Shown: positions 1-13,560 of the stretch, one piece after another
Layout of the letters: the number at the start of each line of letters is the position of its first letter
Position numbering within the stretch: the stretch's first letter is position 1
Assembly: GCF_026210795.1 (NCBI RefSeq)
Contig: NC_089433.1
Coordinates: 4,464,001 to 4,528,000 of the forward strand
From: Rhizophagus irregularis
Taxonomy: Eukaryota
Reading direction: 5' to 3'
Length of the DNA stretch: 64,000 bases
Position numbers and translations under genes: made by a program
Notes under the pieces: model-generated
What the model saw: the letters and a program-made list of their open reading frames with translations, nothing else
Database searches by the model: none
Told to the model about the DNA's origin: nothing

Positions 1-969
1 ATCAATCTAGTATTTATTTTTACATAAATTATTTAAAGATTATAATATCAAAACAAAAATAAATTTATTAACTTACTGGAATCCCTAGAGTTCTCATTAA
101 TTCTAATTCATATTTACTTAATTGTAAACAAAATCCACAGTTAGGTTCTACAATTGATCTTTTTTTCTTTACATAATTAAGAGCTCTATTATAAGTGCAC
201 CCATATTGATTCATTAAATAAGCCAAAATTAATGAAGCAGAACGTGATACTCCCGCCCAACAATGAACCAGAACTCGCCCTCCATCTCGTTTTGCATCAT
301 ATATAAATTTATTAGAAACCTATAAATTTTATAAGAATTATTATCATCCAATCAAAAATATTTATATAAATAATCATTAAAAAATTATAAAGAGTACTTA
401 CATTAAAGAACTTTTCTATATTTTCTTCTGGTCTATCCTTAACATATAATCTTAAATATTTAGGAGATTTCCAATTGGGATACCTAATTAAAAAATAAAA
501 CTAATAAAAAAAAAAGTTAAAATAAAATTAAATATTATTATTTAATCACTTACTTTTGTAAAAGGGAAATAGGAATCTTTGATTCAAAAAAATTTCTACA
601 TGGTGAAATATTTATGATATGTGTAATTTTATTCTTAGCTAACAAATCACCATTGGCGCCTACTTTTGCTCCTGATAAATACAAGAAGTCTTTTAATATC
701 ACTGATGGCTTTCTAGCTTTATGGGCTGATGCCAAGGCAATTCGAGATAGACTTTTTTCCTAAAAAAAAAAATTAAATATTTTAATTTAAATATTTAAAT
801 CCAAATTTATGTTTGGAGTTACATTACATACATTAATAGAAGTTCTAAATCGAGGTACTGTTAATCCTCCAATAACCTGATTTGGATATATAGGTCCAAA
901 ATAAATGTTATTTGCAACCTCTTTTTTGACATTTTCAGTAGTAATAGTTTTAGTAGCAAGATCAGGCAT
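1..969 (-). CDS. Dual-specificity protein phosphatase (DSPc family), multi-exon, 3' end runs off the window
   Basis: Spliced exons (~969-832, 759-~553, ~483-402, ~319-77) give ...FLYLSGAKVGANGDLLAKNKITHIINIS...VKDRPEENIEKFFN...GGRVLVHCWAGVSRSASLILAYLM...KRSIVEPNCGFCLQL. This contains the HCxxGxSRS active-site loop and the AYLM and PNxGF motifs; GT-AG introns. Confidence 0.92.
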
Positions 970-2912
970 ACTAAAAAAATAATAATGATGATAACAATTA
1001 ATATACTAAATTATTTATTTAGTCATTTATCACAAAATAAAAATTGTTAAAACAAAGGCTTTTACCTGATTGTAAAAAAGTAAATAAATAATTGATTTTA
1101 AATATATGTATGATAAGAATAATAAAATTTCAACACTTTAATGGGAAAACTGAAAAAAGAATGGATGTTTCACAGGCACTCTATTAATAAAAAGAAAAAA
1201 GAATTATCAGTATGATTATTAAATATAAAATTTTGAGATGAAATGAAAATTGAATGAAATGCATGTATTGAATTGCAACGAATCTGATATGATAATTCTA
1301 TCTTTCTGATAAAATTAATGTTTTGAGAACATAGCGAATTGATATAAATTACTTGATATAAAAATTCATATATAACGAAAGGGAAAATCTTAAATGTAAG
1401 TATATTTAAACAAAAAGACTTGCATAAGGAAGGGATAAAATCAATTTCTAAAAAGTCATGTATGTCATGTATGTACATGATAAAGAAATTTATTTAAGAA
1501 GTGAAGAAATGAAATTTGTAGGTTGCGTTACAGAGGTTTGAATTCTATAGTAACTAGAAGAAAACCACGCGTTTTGTTTTATTGTTTTGATTATTTTGGT
1601 TAGCTGACTGAACTAAAAGGAAATAATTTACCTGCAGATTTTGCTAATATCAAAGAATTGTCCCTATTAACAGTGATAAATGAAGACAAAAATTTCATAG
1701 TAGGTTAACAAGGATATTGCAGTAATCATTACTAAATATGCGCAAAAAACATTTCTAGAAGATATTTTTGTAAAATTAATAAGGTTACAAAAATATCAGG
1801 TTACAAAAATATCATTTCATGGAAGCGTTCAAAAAATTTATATAGTTCCTTCAAATTAAGCGTTACCTAATCGTTGTTATAAGAAAGCCTAGTCGTTGTT
1901 ATAAGAAGCTATGTTATAAAAAATTTAATAAATTTATAAAAAAGGGGGAGACGTTAATTATATATTGATCTGATCATATATTGTCATTATATATTTCAGC
2001 AACCAATGGTAAACTTAGTCTATTGATGTATCTTAATAACTTAATAAATAAGCTTTTTTGAAACTTTCATATATTTGTACATTAAATGACTCATCAGGAT
2101 TGCTACTGCGCCAAAATAACAATAGAAACAAAAGCAACATATTTAAAAGTAACTACTTTTGTAAACAGTGGTAACAAACTAACAAAGAGACGGTTTCGCT
2201 TACAGTAATTGAATTACGAAACAAATATGAAAGTGTAATATGATATAACTCGCGAATTACTTAGATAAGTAAAATAATTATTATATTTTTCAATCTAACC
2301 GGGAATGAAAATAAACTATGTTACAGTATACATAACGCCTAATGTATAATCAGAAAGATTAACTATTTTTGTTATGATCAAAACATTTTGGTTAGTATGG
2401 AAAAATATATGATTTGTTGAAAATTCACTAAAATTCATTGTTAATTTCGACTATCGAATGAGTCATGCGGTATAAATTTACTACTTTGTTGCACATCATT
2501 TATCACCCATATGACTCATGAATAGATGTTTCTTTACAATATTAACCTGAATTAAAATAATATATTTTCTTCAAATGTATTATTGCTTTATTAAATGTTT
2601 AAATACATGATGGGAAAACTTATTTAAAAAGTTTACCCTCACGTGATCATTTTTCTGAAAAATTTTTTATAGGGTTATTTAATAATTCTCCTAATTATTC
2701 ACTAATCACTAATTAATGATATTTGATATATTATAAAATTTAAAAGACTCAATAGAATGATTATCGCTACATATAATATATCGGTATGTCGAATAACGAT
2801 ATACCGAGTATGGTGGTCTTCGTCTGATATAAAATTTTCTATTGCATTCTTTACAATGTTCTCCATGTCACTAAATATGGATGGTTGGCGCGCCAAAGTT
2901 TTTTTTACGTTT

Positions 2913-3320
2913 AATATTAATGCAATAGCGGTCATAAGCAACCGACTCCTCATAATTCCTAAAGTTATATAATATGTAAAGTACTGTAAATTTATGCCAT
3001 TCTTTCATTATTTCACGCCTTAACCTTCTAGGTAGTTTTTTTGAAATATAAATTTTCAAGAAGCCATTACACATTTCTCTAGAATTTTTAATTTCACCTT
3101 AGTTCTATCGAAAATTTACGCATAACAAACTATTTTGTAAGAAAAAATCGGTGTTTTGCAGCTAAAATGCATCAATCATAATAAATTATGTTTATAATTC
3201 TACACATTATCAAGGTTAGCATCACACTTAAACCTCAAAAAAATTTTAATGGTGTTGTTACTTGAATTTAGGAATTATGAGGGGCGGATAACTTATGACC
3301 ACTACTATATTATAATATTT
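2913..3320. mobile_element. Degenerate MITE-like element with ~50-bp imperfect terminal inverted repeats
   Basis: aatattaatgcaatagcggtcataagcaaccgactcctcataattcctaaa (~2913-2963) is the reverse complement, with mismatches, of tttaggaattatgaggggcggataacttatgaccactactatattataatatt (~3267-3320). Non-coding interior; no clear TSD. Confidence 0.5.
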
Positions 3321-4075
3321 TGGCCCAAATTAATATAATATATTTTTCCAATTTTTTAACCGGACTGGCACTTAAAATGATTTTTAATTTTAAATAATAA
3401 GAAAAATTACTTCACGTTAGAAAGCCTGTAATAATTTATAATAATAAAGTTCAATTCTGTATTAAAATAAAATAGATTTTGATTTTTGAGAATGAAATCA
3501 TCATCTTGTTTTAAAAAATTTAAACGGAATCATTGACTATTGATTGTTGTATAAAGTAAAAAAAAAAACAATGTATTTTTAGATCTGAAACGTTACCATC
3601 ACGTGATAATGTGCAGCTAAAACTGCATGTATACATATCATTCAAAATCACTCTAAATAAAATATATTGCATATAAAAAAATTTTCATACTTAATATTCC
3701 AATTATAAAATCCCATTTTCGGTAAAACCTTTACCGAAGTTCATTAACATGAAACTTTGAATGCATGATTGTGTACAAAAAATAAGCCTTAAATGATTAG
3801 ATCGCATTTTAATTTTAACCTATTATAGAATATTGCCGACTTATAAAGTTCCGAATAAAAATATATAAACACGGAATAATTGAAAAAATGTTTTTTTTTA
3901 AAAGAAATTAATCTTTCTTTTGGAACAGAAAATTTCAAAAAAAAAAACAAATAAAAATAAAATAAAAATAAAAATAAAAATAGAGAAAAAAATAAAATAA
4001 ATAAATAAAGTAAATACATTTTTTTAAGATACTACACTTTTTAATGACAACAATACATTAATAAATTACGTAATC

Positions 4076-5769
4076 ATGGTTAAGGTATTTTTGATCCTTT
4101 TTTTATGTTTTTTTATGACGTATATTAATATTTGCTGCGGCTAATATTAATAATTTACGTTAATTTCTCTAATATAGTGGGATAGATTAGCGGAATCAAA
4201 GTCCGTAGTATTATTTGCTACAACATCAGTAATTCAAGCTGTTGTGTTAATATGTTTACAATTAAGAATTTTCACTCGTAATGTTTATGGATGGTTGAAT
4301 CTTAATTCAGAATTAGGTGGAGCTGCTGATGCTTGTTTATATTCCGGTACCTTTGATTCGTTTATGATACTTACCTTCGAAAGTGTTATGTTTATTTTCC
4401 TATACTTGTTTCAATTATATGTTTGTATAAGCGCGGTAATGTATCTTTTAATATCTTTAATCTCTCTTGATGAAATTATTATTTTAATGATGATTTTCTT
4501 TATTCTAGGTTCTTCATAAAAATACGATCCAAGTTTTCATGATCGCATTAACAAATTTTTGTTACGTGGTTCTTGGAGTTGTAAGTATAAAATGCGATAC
4601 TGTCGTACTATAATAACTATAATGTTTAATATTCTTTCTTTTCCTCACCAGGTACAACTGATCGAAACCAAAGAAACACATAATAAAATTCTTAACGATT
4701 GTCCCATGATCGCTTTTGATCCGGAATTTATGATACGTGAAGTACCTAATATCATAATGATTACATTATTGGCATTTGTAATGGGATATTTATCATTTAA
4801 ATTATACAAACAATTTGGTTGGATCATTTATAAAAAAATTGGTGATGATATTCAAATGCAATGTAAGTAATTTATGTGATCTATGTGATCTATGTGATTT
4901 ATTTAAGATTTCTATCCTAATTATTAATCAAACTTTTTATTCTAGCGAGATATAGGACTCGATTAATATTTTTAATGTTATTAAAACTCAATTTATTGAT
5001 GATTTTATTGTTTAGTATATTAATTGTACCTTATTCAATTAATGGTTCTGAAAAGACATTAGTTTATATTGATTTTATATTTTTCATGTCAGTAAGTTTA
5101 TTTAACGCTTTGGCTTATAAATCGGTAAGTAAATTTAAATTTATTTAATTTATTTAATAAAATTCAATTAAATAAAATTGTTTACTTTCTCCTATAGATT
5201 ACGAACGAGTATAAGAATGGAATGAATTCATTTTTAACATTCTGGGTGATAGCTATGGCAGTTTATGGGTGGTTTTTTTACATTGGATTTTCTTTGACAT
5301 TCGCTTATAAGTTGTATATTGGTTCTATTTTCGGTAAGTTATTAAATAATTTGTTTCGGGTATTATCGTAGATTATTCGTTATCGCCGACTTACTTTATT
5401 ACATATTTATTCATCTTTATTCATCTTTAAGGTATTTTCTTCTTGTTACTCGGAGTGGTAAGTAAAAAAAAAAACGAATCTTTTATTTCTTCAAAAAATT
5501 AAAATTAAAATTTTGTTTTTTTTTAGTTGACATTTGTAATTGGAATATCCGTTACGAAAAATTTTGGAAAGGGATTAAAAGAATATCGTAAGTTTTTTAT
5601 TATTACATTTTCATTTTTTTTCTTTGAAAATTCCTTCGAACGATCTTATTAACGTTATTCATAAATAAATTTAGTAACAATTCATAAGAGTGGAATTAAA
5701 AAAATCGAAGAATATGAATATAAGTACGATAATAATCATAATAGTAATAGTAATAACAATAATATCTGA
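4076..5769 (+). CDS. Multi-pass membrane protein, fungal UPF0658-like family (paralog A), about 10 exons
   Basis: ATG at 4076 (MVK|WDRLAESKSVVLFATTSVIQAVV...). Several hydrophobic segments and the motifs LYKQFGWIIYKKIGDD, IFLMLLKL and KNFGKGLK; stop TGA 5767-5769. Family name is from motif recall, not a search. Confidence 0.8.
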
Positions 5770-6187
5770 TAATGATAAAGGTATTATTGATCATGATTCG
5801 AAGGATGAATGATTGAGTTTTTGGTCTAGTTTAGAAATAGATTTTTATTTTTAATGACCTTTTATTTTTATTATAATAAATTTGTCTTTAATTTCTTTAT
5901 AAAATCGATAATTTTAATTGAGACGTTAAAATTTATGTGTTCAGATTCAGAAATTCGTTCGGATTAAAAATTAATGTTCATCGAGATATGACTTATGAGA
6001 TATTCACGTTCGAAGCATAAAATAATAATAATCTTTCATTTTGAATTTTTATTTTTTTTTAAAATAAAAATGTTTTAAAAAAATATTAGGAAATATAATA
6101 ATATAAATATAAATGTTTTTTTTTTTAAAAAAAAAAATATGTACTAATAATATAAAATGAATTAATTTACGAATCCTCTTCTTTTTT

Positions 6188-8118
6188 TTAAAAATCGATA
6201 ACGAATTTATCTTTTTCAAATTTCGGATCACTAGAATCACGTTTTACCGCGCGTGATTTCGATATTAAATTGCTCTTATCATCATCCGGATGATCATCCG
6301 TGTCCGTCCGTTTTTTTACTTTTTCATTGTATTAAAATAAAAGTTTACGTTAATATATATATATTATATATAAAAGATGTATAATATACAACTTTTTTTT
6401 TTTTACTTACGATTTTTTAATCCTTTCCCAAAATTTTTATATACAAATAACGCATATATTAATGTGCTCTAAAAAAAAAATCAAAAAAAAAGGTTCAAAA
6501 TTAATAAAACAAATATAAATATGATATATATATATATATGCTAGGAATATTATAAAAACTTGCCAACGAAAATCCAAAACAAATAATCCCTATTTTAAAA
6601 AATCAAATTAATAAAATTAATAAAACAATTTTTTTTTAAAAAAAAAAAAATTAGCAATAAATAATAAATAATTGAAATTATTATTATTATAAAAAAAAAA
6701 TTAATTACCCATAATAAATCCAATATACCAACTAGTTTCTAATGATAAATTAAATACCACGACACATAATCCAGCAAAATTAAATAATGCAACTACCCAA
6801 AAAACTATAAATATCAACATCCCAGTTGCCCATTCGTTATTAAGCTATTAAAAAAAAAAATCAACATAAGTAAATTTTTTTTAAAAAAAAACAAAAAAAA
6901 ATATATATATATATTATTTTAATTATTTGAATAATTACCGATTTATACGCTAAAATTTCAAATAAAAATGATATCATCATAATAATAGTACTAACGATCA
7001 TTAAAGGTTTATTATCACCTTCAAATAATATATAAAAAACTGGTACAAGTAATCCAGCAAATAATATGATCATAAGTGCATCTAATTTTAATAACATTAT
7101 AAATATAAGCCTAGTTTTATATAATTCTATAAAATTAAAAAAAAATATGTTAATAATAGATCAGTATTTCAATTTATCGTGAAGTACAGAACGTGAATAT
7201 GCGGAATTGTAATGGATAAAGTTATAATTTACAAACAATTGAAACAATTGAAAATATTGTTATAAAACTTAACTTTGCATCTTAACGTCACTTCCAAATG
7301 CTTTATAAATATCCCAACCAAATTGACGATATAATTTATGTGATAAATATCCCATAATCATTGCTAATATTGCCAAAGCTACAATAAAAAATATCTCAAA
7401 CTTTTCAAATTGTGGATAAAATTCCAATCCTGGGCATGATTTTCTAAAGTCATTACTTGTAGTCCCAATTTCAAATAATTGCATCTATAAAAGAAATTTT
7501 CTTTTTAAAAAAAAATTATTAAGGAAAAAATAATCCTAAGAATATTTACAATTCCAATAAAGATAAACGCCAGATTGATCGATGCGATAGTAATAATTTG
7601 TATTGTATTTCGATGAAATATCTGGAAAAAAAAAAAGATAAAGCATATTTATTGAAACGAACCGTGTATTATAATAAACTCTTTTTCCTATATTATTATA
7701 AAAAAAAAATTTAAGAATGTTACCGCATTAAAACAGAAATATAATTGAAAGAAATAAAAAAAAATAAACATTAAATCTTCCATAGTTAACACATAAAGTG
7801 AAAGAAATTGTTCATCATAACATTTTTCAACTATTTCCGTTCCACTTAATTTACTTGATTTGTACATTTTTAGGAGACTACTCCCATTACGTTGCAAAAT
7901 ACGAAATTGAAGGTAAATTAAAATTAATGCTTGAGCTACTGAAATAAGAATGAAAAAAACCGTATGATTTGATGCAGTAATTCTACTCCACTAATTAAGA
8001 AAAAAAAAAGGAAAATTTTAAGTGATATCTCACATTGATCTCTTTAATATTATAAACTTTATTTTTTGCTTACTTTTTTCTTGAGATCTTGTATCAAATT
8101 CGTGATTATCCAATTCAT
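6188..8118 (-). CDS. Multi-pass membrane protein, UPF0658-like (paralog B), convergent with paralog A
   Basis: ATG at 8118 (MNWIITNLIQDLKKK|WSRITASNHTVFFILISVAQALILIYLQFRILQRN). Motifs LYRQFGWDIYKAFGSD, IFIMLLKLD and KNFGKGLK; intron positions match paralog A; stop TAA at 6190-6188. Confidence 0.8.
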
Positions 8119-9012
8119 GATTGATTTATTCTTTTATAGAAAGAAAGAAAAAAAATTTGTTAAAAATACGGGAGATTCTCCATATTTAAATAAAAAAAAA
8201 AATGATTTTTTTTAGAATGTACCGGATATAATAATTTATTTTTTTTGTTGATTTTGGATCTGGTTAATTTTCGGTTAAGATCTTGTAATACATCAAGTGT
8301 AAATTTCAATTATTTCAATTAATCAGGTTAATTACAGGTATTTGTTTTTTCGTAATTTACAAATTTTGATCGACCCGTTATGAGAATTGTAAAAGCCAGA
8401 AAAAATTTTTGCACAGCCAAATCTTCATTACTATATTGCATACCGAAGGTAAATCATTAATTATTACTTGTTAAGGAAAATCATTTTCTTTGTAACCAAT
8501 GATCCTTCCCACGAGAGAATTAAAAAAATAACCGGTCCGTACGATCACGTGACATTGTTAAATTTTGAACAAAAACATGGTGGGAACTTCATGTACTAAT
8601 TATATGGAGCTCCTGCCCTATAAACGTTCCGAATTTATATAATTTAATATTTGTGCGTCCAAATAATTTAATTTATTTCACAGATTAAAAATATTTTTTT
8701 TACTTCAAATAAATTTAATTTATAAAATACATTGATAAAGCTATTCATAGATAACATCAAAATAAGAAATATAGAATGAGAATAAATATGAAATATAAAT
8801 AAGAATAAACCACTATATATACCAAAATATAAGACTATATGAGTAAAACTAATTTAGCTACCAATCTTGGAAAACTAAATTACCCGCCCGTCCAATACAC
8901 TCTCGTACATATCGAACTGTAAACAAAATAAAGTTTTTTATTGATGTTTATTAATTTATGTATAAGATATTGTCATTCATATGAACAAAATAACAACGTA
9001 AACGATTTACCT

Positions 9013-10596
9013 TCAAGGGATCTGAGATGGTGATGTGTTCGATAAAGTTGGAAGAGCGATAATTTTATCCTCAAAATCTGTTAATTTTAAATATAATCAA
9101 TTTTTTATAAAATTATAAAATCGATTAATTATTTAGCTTACCTTTTATGTTATCATCATTAATTGATGTTGGGAGAGAAAGATCATTTTGACCAGAGTCT
9201 TCTACAAAAATTTAAAATAATAATATTATAAATCAAATTTAATAAAAAATAATTATAAACATTATTACCTAAAGTTAATTTAGCAAGATGTTCTTTAACT
9301 CTTTGAAACGATAAGAAACGACTTGTATAACAAGTACCAGGATTATTACCGGTTAGGTTCATAGTTTTAAGAAGACTATACTTTTTTCTATGTAAATTTG
9401 CTAAATAAGTTTCATTTGGTTCTTTTTCATGATTTTCTAACGTTGTTATAATTTGTTGAGCTGTTGGACGATTTTTTGGGTCTGAATCCCAACATTTTTC
9501 CATTAAATCCATGATATATTTGGAAATACCCATTTTTGGAGAAATTTCTGGACGAAGACCTCTTATAATATCAAGAATCAGAGTCGCATCATGATTTCTG
9601 TTGTTAAAAGGCTCTTCAAATGAATATATTACCCACATAATAATTCCTAAGCTGTATATATCCGATGCTGGCGTATATTGTCTACCAAGAAATATTTCAG
9701 GAGCAATATATGGAATAACACCATAAATTCCTGATGATTTAATTGATGATGATATATTTGCAGGTTGGCATAATCCAAAGTCACTTATACTAAAGTAAAT
9801 GTCTCTACCGCCGTGTTCTCCACCTTTTAGTAAAATATTGCCTATGTGCAAATCACAATGAACTAAACCTGAATTATGCATGATATTAAGTCCTCGAGAA
9901 ATATGATAAACAGTATTTTCATTGGAACTTAAATTAACATCATATACAACGCAATATGCTAATTCTGCAGGTTTCATAATATTTTGTTTTAAATTACCCT
10001 TATTAGCATATTCGGCTACTATTATAAAGTCTTGAGTAATTGGATCATATGAAATTCCGTAAAATCTGATTAAAGAACAAGTCCTAAAATTTGTTCTGTT
10101 GGATTCCATACAATGAATATAATTTTTAACCTACAATTATTATGTAATATGAATTATAAACATAAAAAATCTCATAATTTAAATGTATTGTATATGAATG
10201 CGATTATTACTATACCTCGTTAAGAAAATCCATAGTTATATTTCTTGAATTATATAATTTCTTTAAAGCAACGTCATAAATTCCTTTCCATTTAGCTTTA
10301 TAAATCTCACCAAATCCACCTTTTGCTATATATGTGATTTCACTAAATTGGTTATAAGGTATCCATTTTAAAATTTCATTTGGTTTATTACATTCTTTAA
10401 TAAAATCATCTACAATTTTGTTTCCACTTGACCAATTCGACCAATTCGGATTTTCACATTCGTTGCATAATAATAGTGTTATGCCCCAACAATTAATACA
10501 AATGGACCGAGGGTATTTGTAAATATATTCATTACATTCTTTACACCATTCGATAATTCTACAATTTTCACACAATGTCTCTAATTTTGGTATCAT
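9013..10596 (-). CDS. TKL-type protein kinase with Cys-rich (CxxC) N-terminus, copy 1; exons 10596-10216, 10130-9269, 9201-9142, 9077-9013
   Basis: GGFG, VALKKL, HCDLHIGN, SDFG, APE, DIYSLG and CWDSDPKNRP motifs; exons join in frame at GT-AG sites; stop TGA 9015-9013. Confidence 0.93.
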
Positions 10597-11625
10597 TTAT
10601 TTCTTAGTTTTATAATCAAAGTATTTGAAAAAAGAAAATGGTTAATAAAATTGTAGACATTTCTTATATAAGTATTAATATAAACATTACGTTATAAGGA
10701 AGAAATACTCCGTTGTTGTTGCACAATAATTGTATCGAAGATCACTCTAAGGAACATAGGTTCAGTTCCTGGGATGAGCAAAATAATTGGGAATTACGGG
10801 ACATGACGTCATTATCAATAGTCCCTCGTTACACTTCGGACTAATAAGTAATAAGTTATACATACCTTCTAATCTAATAATAAAAAATATACTGTATATG
10901 ACGTATCAAATCTTTATCACTTAAACACTTAAAAGCAACAATTAATGATAACCCACTTTTTTTTTAGAGTTGAATATTTTAGTCAAATGATTTACACGAG
11001 TTGAATTTGACAAGCGGTAAACATTGTTTTTAGAAATGACATTTTGATCTGATTAGTTCTTTTTATAGCATTAATCACAATCCTATTTGACTGGAAAGAA
11101 GAGATGATGGTATTGAAGTTTGATGTAAATCAAAATGTGCCGCAATCAAATTAGGACGTAATCGGTTGATATTAAATATTAAAAAACTCTTACAAGGAAA
11201 CATTTATAACAATTTTAATATACGCCAATTAATAAGTAGTTAGACAATTGTATTTGAACGTCCAAATTATGGTCATATCAATCAATGAAGAATATCAACG
11301 TAAAATATAATTTTTGAAAATTCATAACCATTTGCATGAGTATATTGACTTAACAAGGCAAATATATTATTTTATTGGGTGCGGCTCATTAAAGAATTAT
11401 TTTGTGACATTTTTAACATTAATGTACTAATTATGAAGTTCTTAAAAATAATTACAGTATATTAAAGAATTATTTGGAGTACTTTAATTATAACGTGTTA
11501 TCTTTGCGTGGCAGATTTATACAATGAGTTAAACTACCAACATGATATCATCAAAATACAAAATAAAAAGAATAAACTACTCAAAATACGGAATAATAAT
11601 AAGAATAAACTACTATATACAAAAA

Positions 11626-11690
11626 GGGAATTGCTAAACGTCGCCTGGGCAATTGTCGCCTGGGCGATCATCGCCTGGGTTTTTTTTTCG
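11626..11690. repeat. Three short GC-rich direct repeats (TCGCCTGGG), resembling a transposon subterminal repeat
   Basis: gtcgcctgggcaattgtcgcctgggcgatcatcgcctggg inside AT-rich DNA; no partner end found. Confidence 0.45.
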
Positions 11691-11799
11691 AATATGTCAC
11701 ATGATGTATAATATATAAAGAGTATCGACTGACAGCTGATTTTTTAACAGCTAATTTTTGATCGAGGTATAAATGAAAAAATTTTTACTAGGAATAGAG

Positions 11800-12701
11800 T
11801 TAAAGATCAAGATCTTCAAGTCCATAAAATGCTTTTTGTTCTTTAATAAATTTCGAATCGCATTGTTCAGCAAGCGCTTTACATATAACATAATCGTCAT
11901 CTTCATCCTCAAAAGTATCGCCTTGATTATTTTTTTTTTTTTGACAAATAAAGAGAGGATAAAATAAGCTTTAGATAATTCATGATATAATTATATTATT
12001 TCAATAAGAAATAACAGTTATTTTATGAGGTAGTGAAGTAGAAAGCAGGAAAGAGTACCTTTTTCCTTTTTCGTCATATCATTTGTGGCTGTAAAGTCAA
12101 TAACTCTGTCACGATGGATAAAAACCAGGTGTCGTTCTAGTTTACCAAAGGATCCAAATCGAGAACTATTGCAAATTGGGCACTAAACATGAAAGAAATA
12201 AAGTCAATGCAAAGTAGCAGGCAAAACTAATTCTTTGAGCCTACCTTAAATGGCATCTGTTGAGTGTGTTCACGCAAATGTTCTGCAAGAAAGCAATAAT
12301 AGATTATTACAATTCACTACAGCGTCAGGAAGTACTTAAGTACTGGCATATTATTTTTACCTTTTAATTGAGAAATATCATTCTGTCGCCTTTCACAATT
12401 TTCCCACGGACATTGATAAAATTGGCGTCCTTGATGAAACACTCTGCATAAGAACAGATCAGAAAGTAAAAACCTAATGACTCTTCTCAAGTAATAATTA
12501 GGAAACCTACCTTAAATTGGCCAAATCCTTGTGATCATTGTAGACGTGAAGCTCGAGTCCCTTCTGAGTGTAAAAGCACGGTGGTTTAGAATGAGAATCG
12601 GTCCATTTGCAGATAAATGGTGCTATGGAAGAAGACATGATAATATTGATCTCAATAAAAATTTATAAAAAATAAATTAATAAATCACAGGCTTCTTGCA
12701 T
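11800..12701 (-). CDS. Three-finger C2H2 zinc-finger protein (~163 aa) with tandem CWCH2-type fingers; exons 12701-12689, 12622-12511, 12443-12361, 12282-12245, 12182-12059, 11921-11800
   Basis: Manual splicing gives MQEASPFICKWTDSHSKPPCFYTQKGLELHVYNDHKDLANLRVFHQGRQFYQCPWENCERRQNDISQLKEHLREHTQQMPFKCPICNSSRFGSFGKLERHLVFIHRDRVIDF...EDEDDDY...LDL*. All phases are compatible. The first exon is the least certain. Confidence 0.8.
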
Positions 12702-13133
12702 AATGATTTGAAATGATTTAATGATTTAAGGGGATTGAGTCATAATTCGCTTTTTTTGGTTAATATGACGATGTCCCAGATCGTGATCCTATAGGGCTTA
12801 GTGGATAACAAATATCAATTGCGGAGATGAACTGTGACCTTAGATCATGGTCTCGTTGTTTATTTAATCTATCGACTGTGGAGAAGAATGTTAGTAGACT
12901 AGTAGGATAGAGAATTACCACGTTACCGGAAGATTAATTAGTATTAGTATGACTTCAGCGAAACTGTAAACCGTAGATTCTACTTTTTCTACAGATTGAA
13001 TTGTAAAATCACGTGAGTAGTTGTGAACTCAACAACGTGTAACTGCACCATAATTGAAAACTTTTTTTTATTTGACGAAAAAACTACAAGAATTAAACAA
13101 CCGTATATGTATGTGTATTAACGAATGAATGAT

Positions 13134-13560
13134 TTAATCTTTAATTTCTGGGGGATATTGATTTTTGTCAAATACATATTTCAACTCCTCTTTTGTTTCG
13201 TATATCATCATAATACATGTCCAATAAAAGCCATCAAGCGTACTTACTACTGTATATATCGAAATCAATAGTACAATTAAGTGAAGAATAAGCTTTAATA
13301 TGTTGATTATGTTTTTCTTGATATATCCGACGAACCGTTGAGAACGATTAGAGTTTGAGTAAGCAAGATAAAATTCGTAAAATTTTACGGTATCAGGATG
13401 CCACAAATTACGGATAGCATTTTCTGTAATACAAAGAATGATAATATATAAATCATTTGGTTGCTAATATCCCATCCTAGATTTTGTAATTTTTTCTCTA
13501 TTTGTTTTATTTGCTTCGTTTGCTTGGCCTACGAGAGGATTTTCATGATCATGGTCCGAG
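13134..13560 (-). pseudogene. Uncharacterised coding-like fragment, apparently disrupted
   Basis: 90-aa ORF with a hydrophobic stretch. The same frame extends ~19 codons upstream to an in-frame TAG; the region has higher GC than its flanks. No family recognised. Confidence 0.3.

Noticed and set aside
1170..4019. Short F/I/L/K-rich ORFs here and throughout the ORF track
   Set aside because: Composition reflects AT-rich non-coding DNA or antisense overlap; no motifs or splice support.
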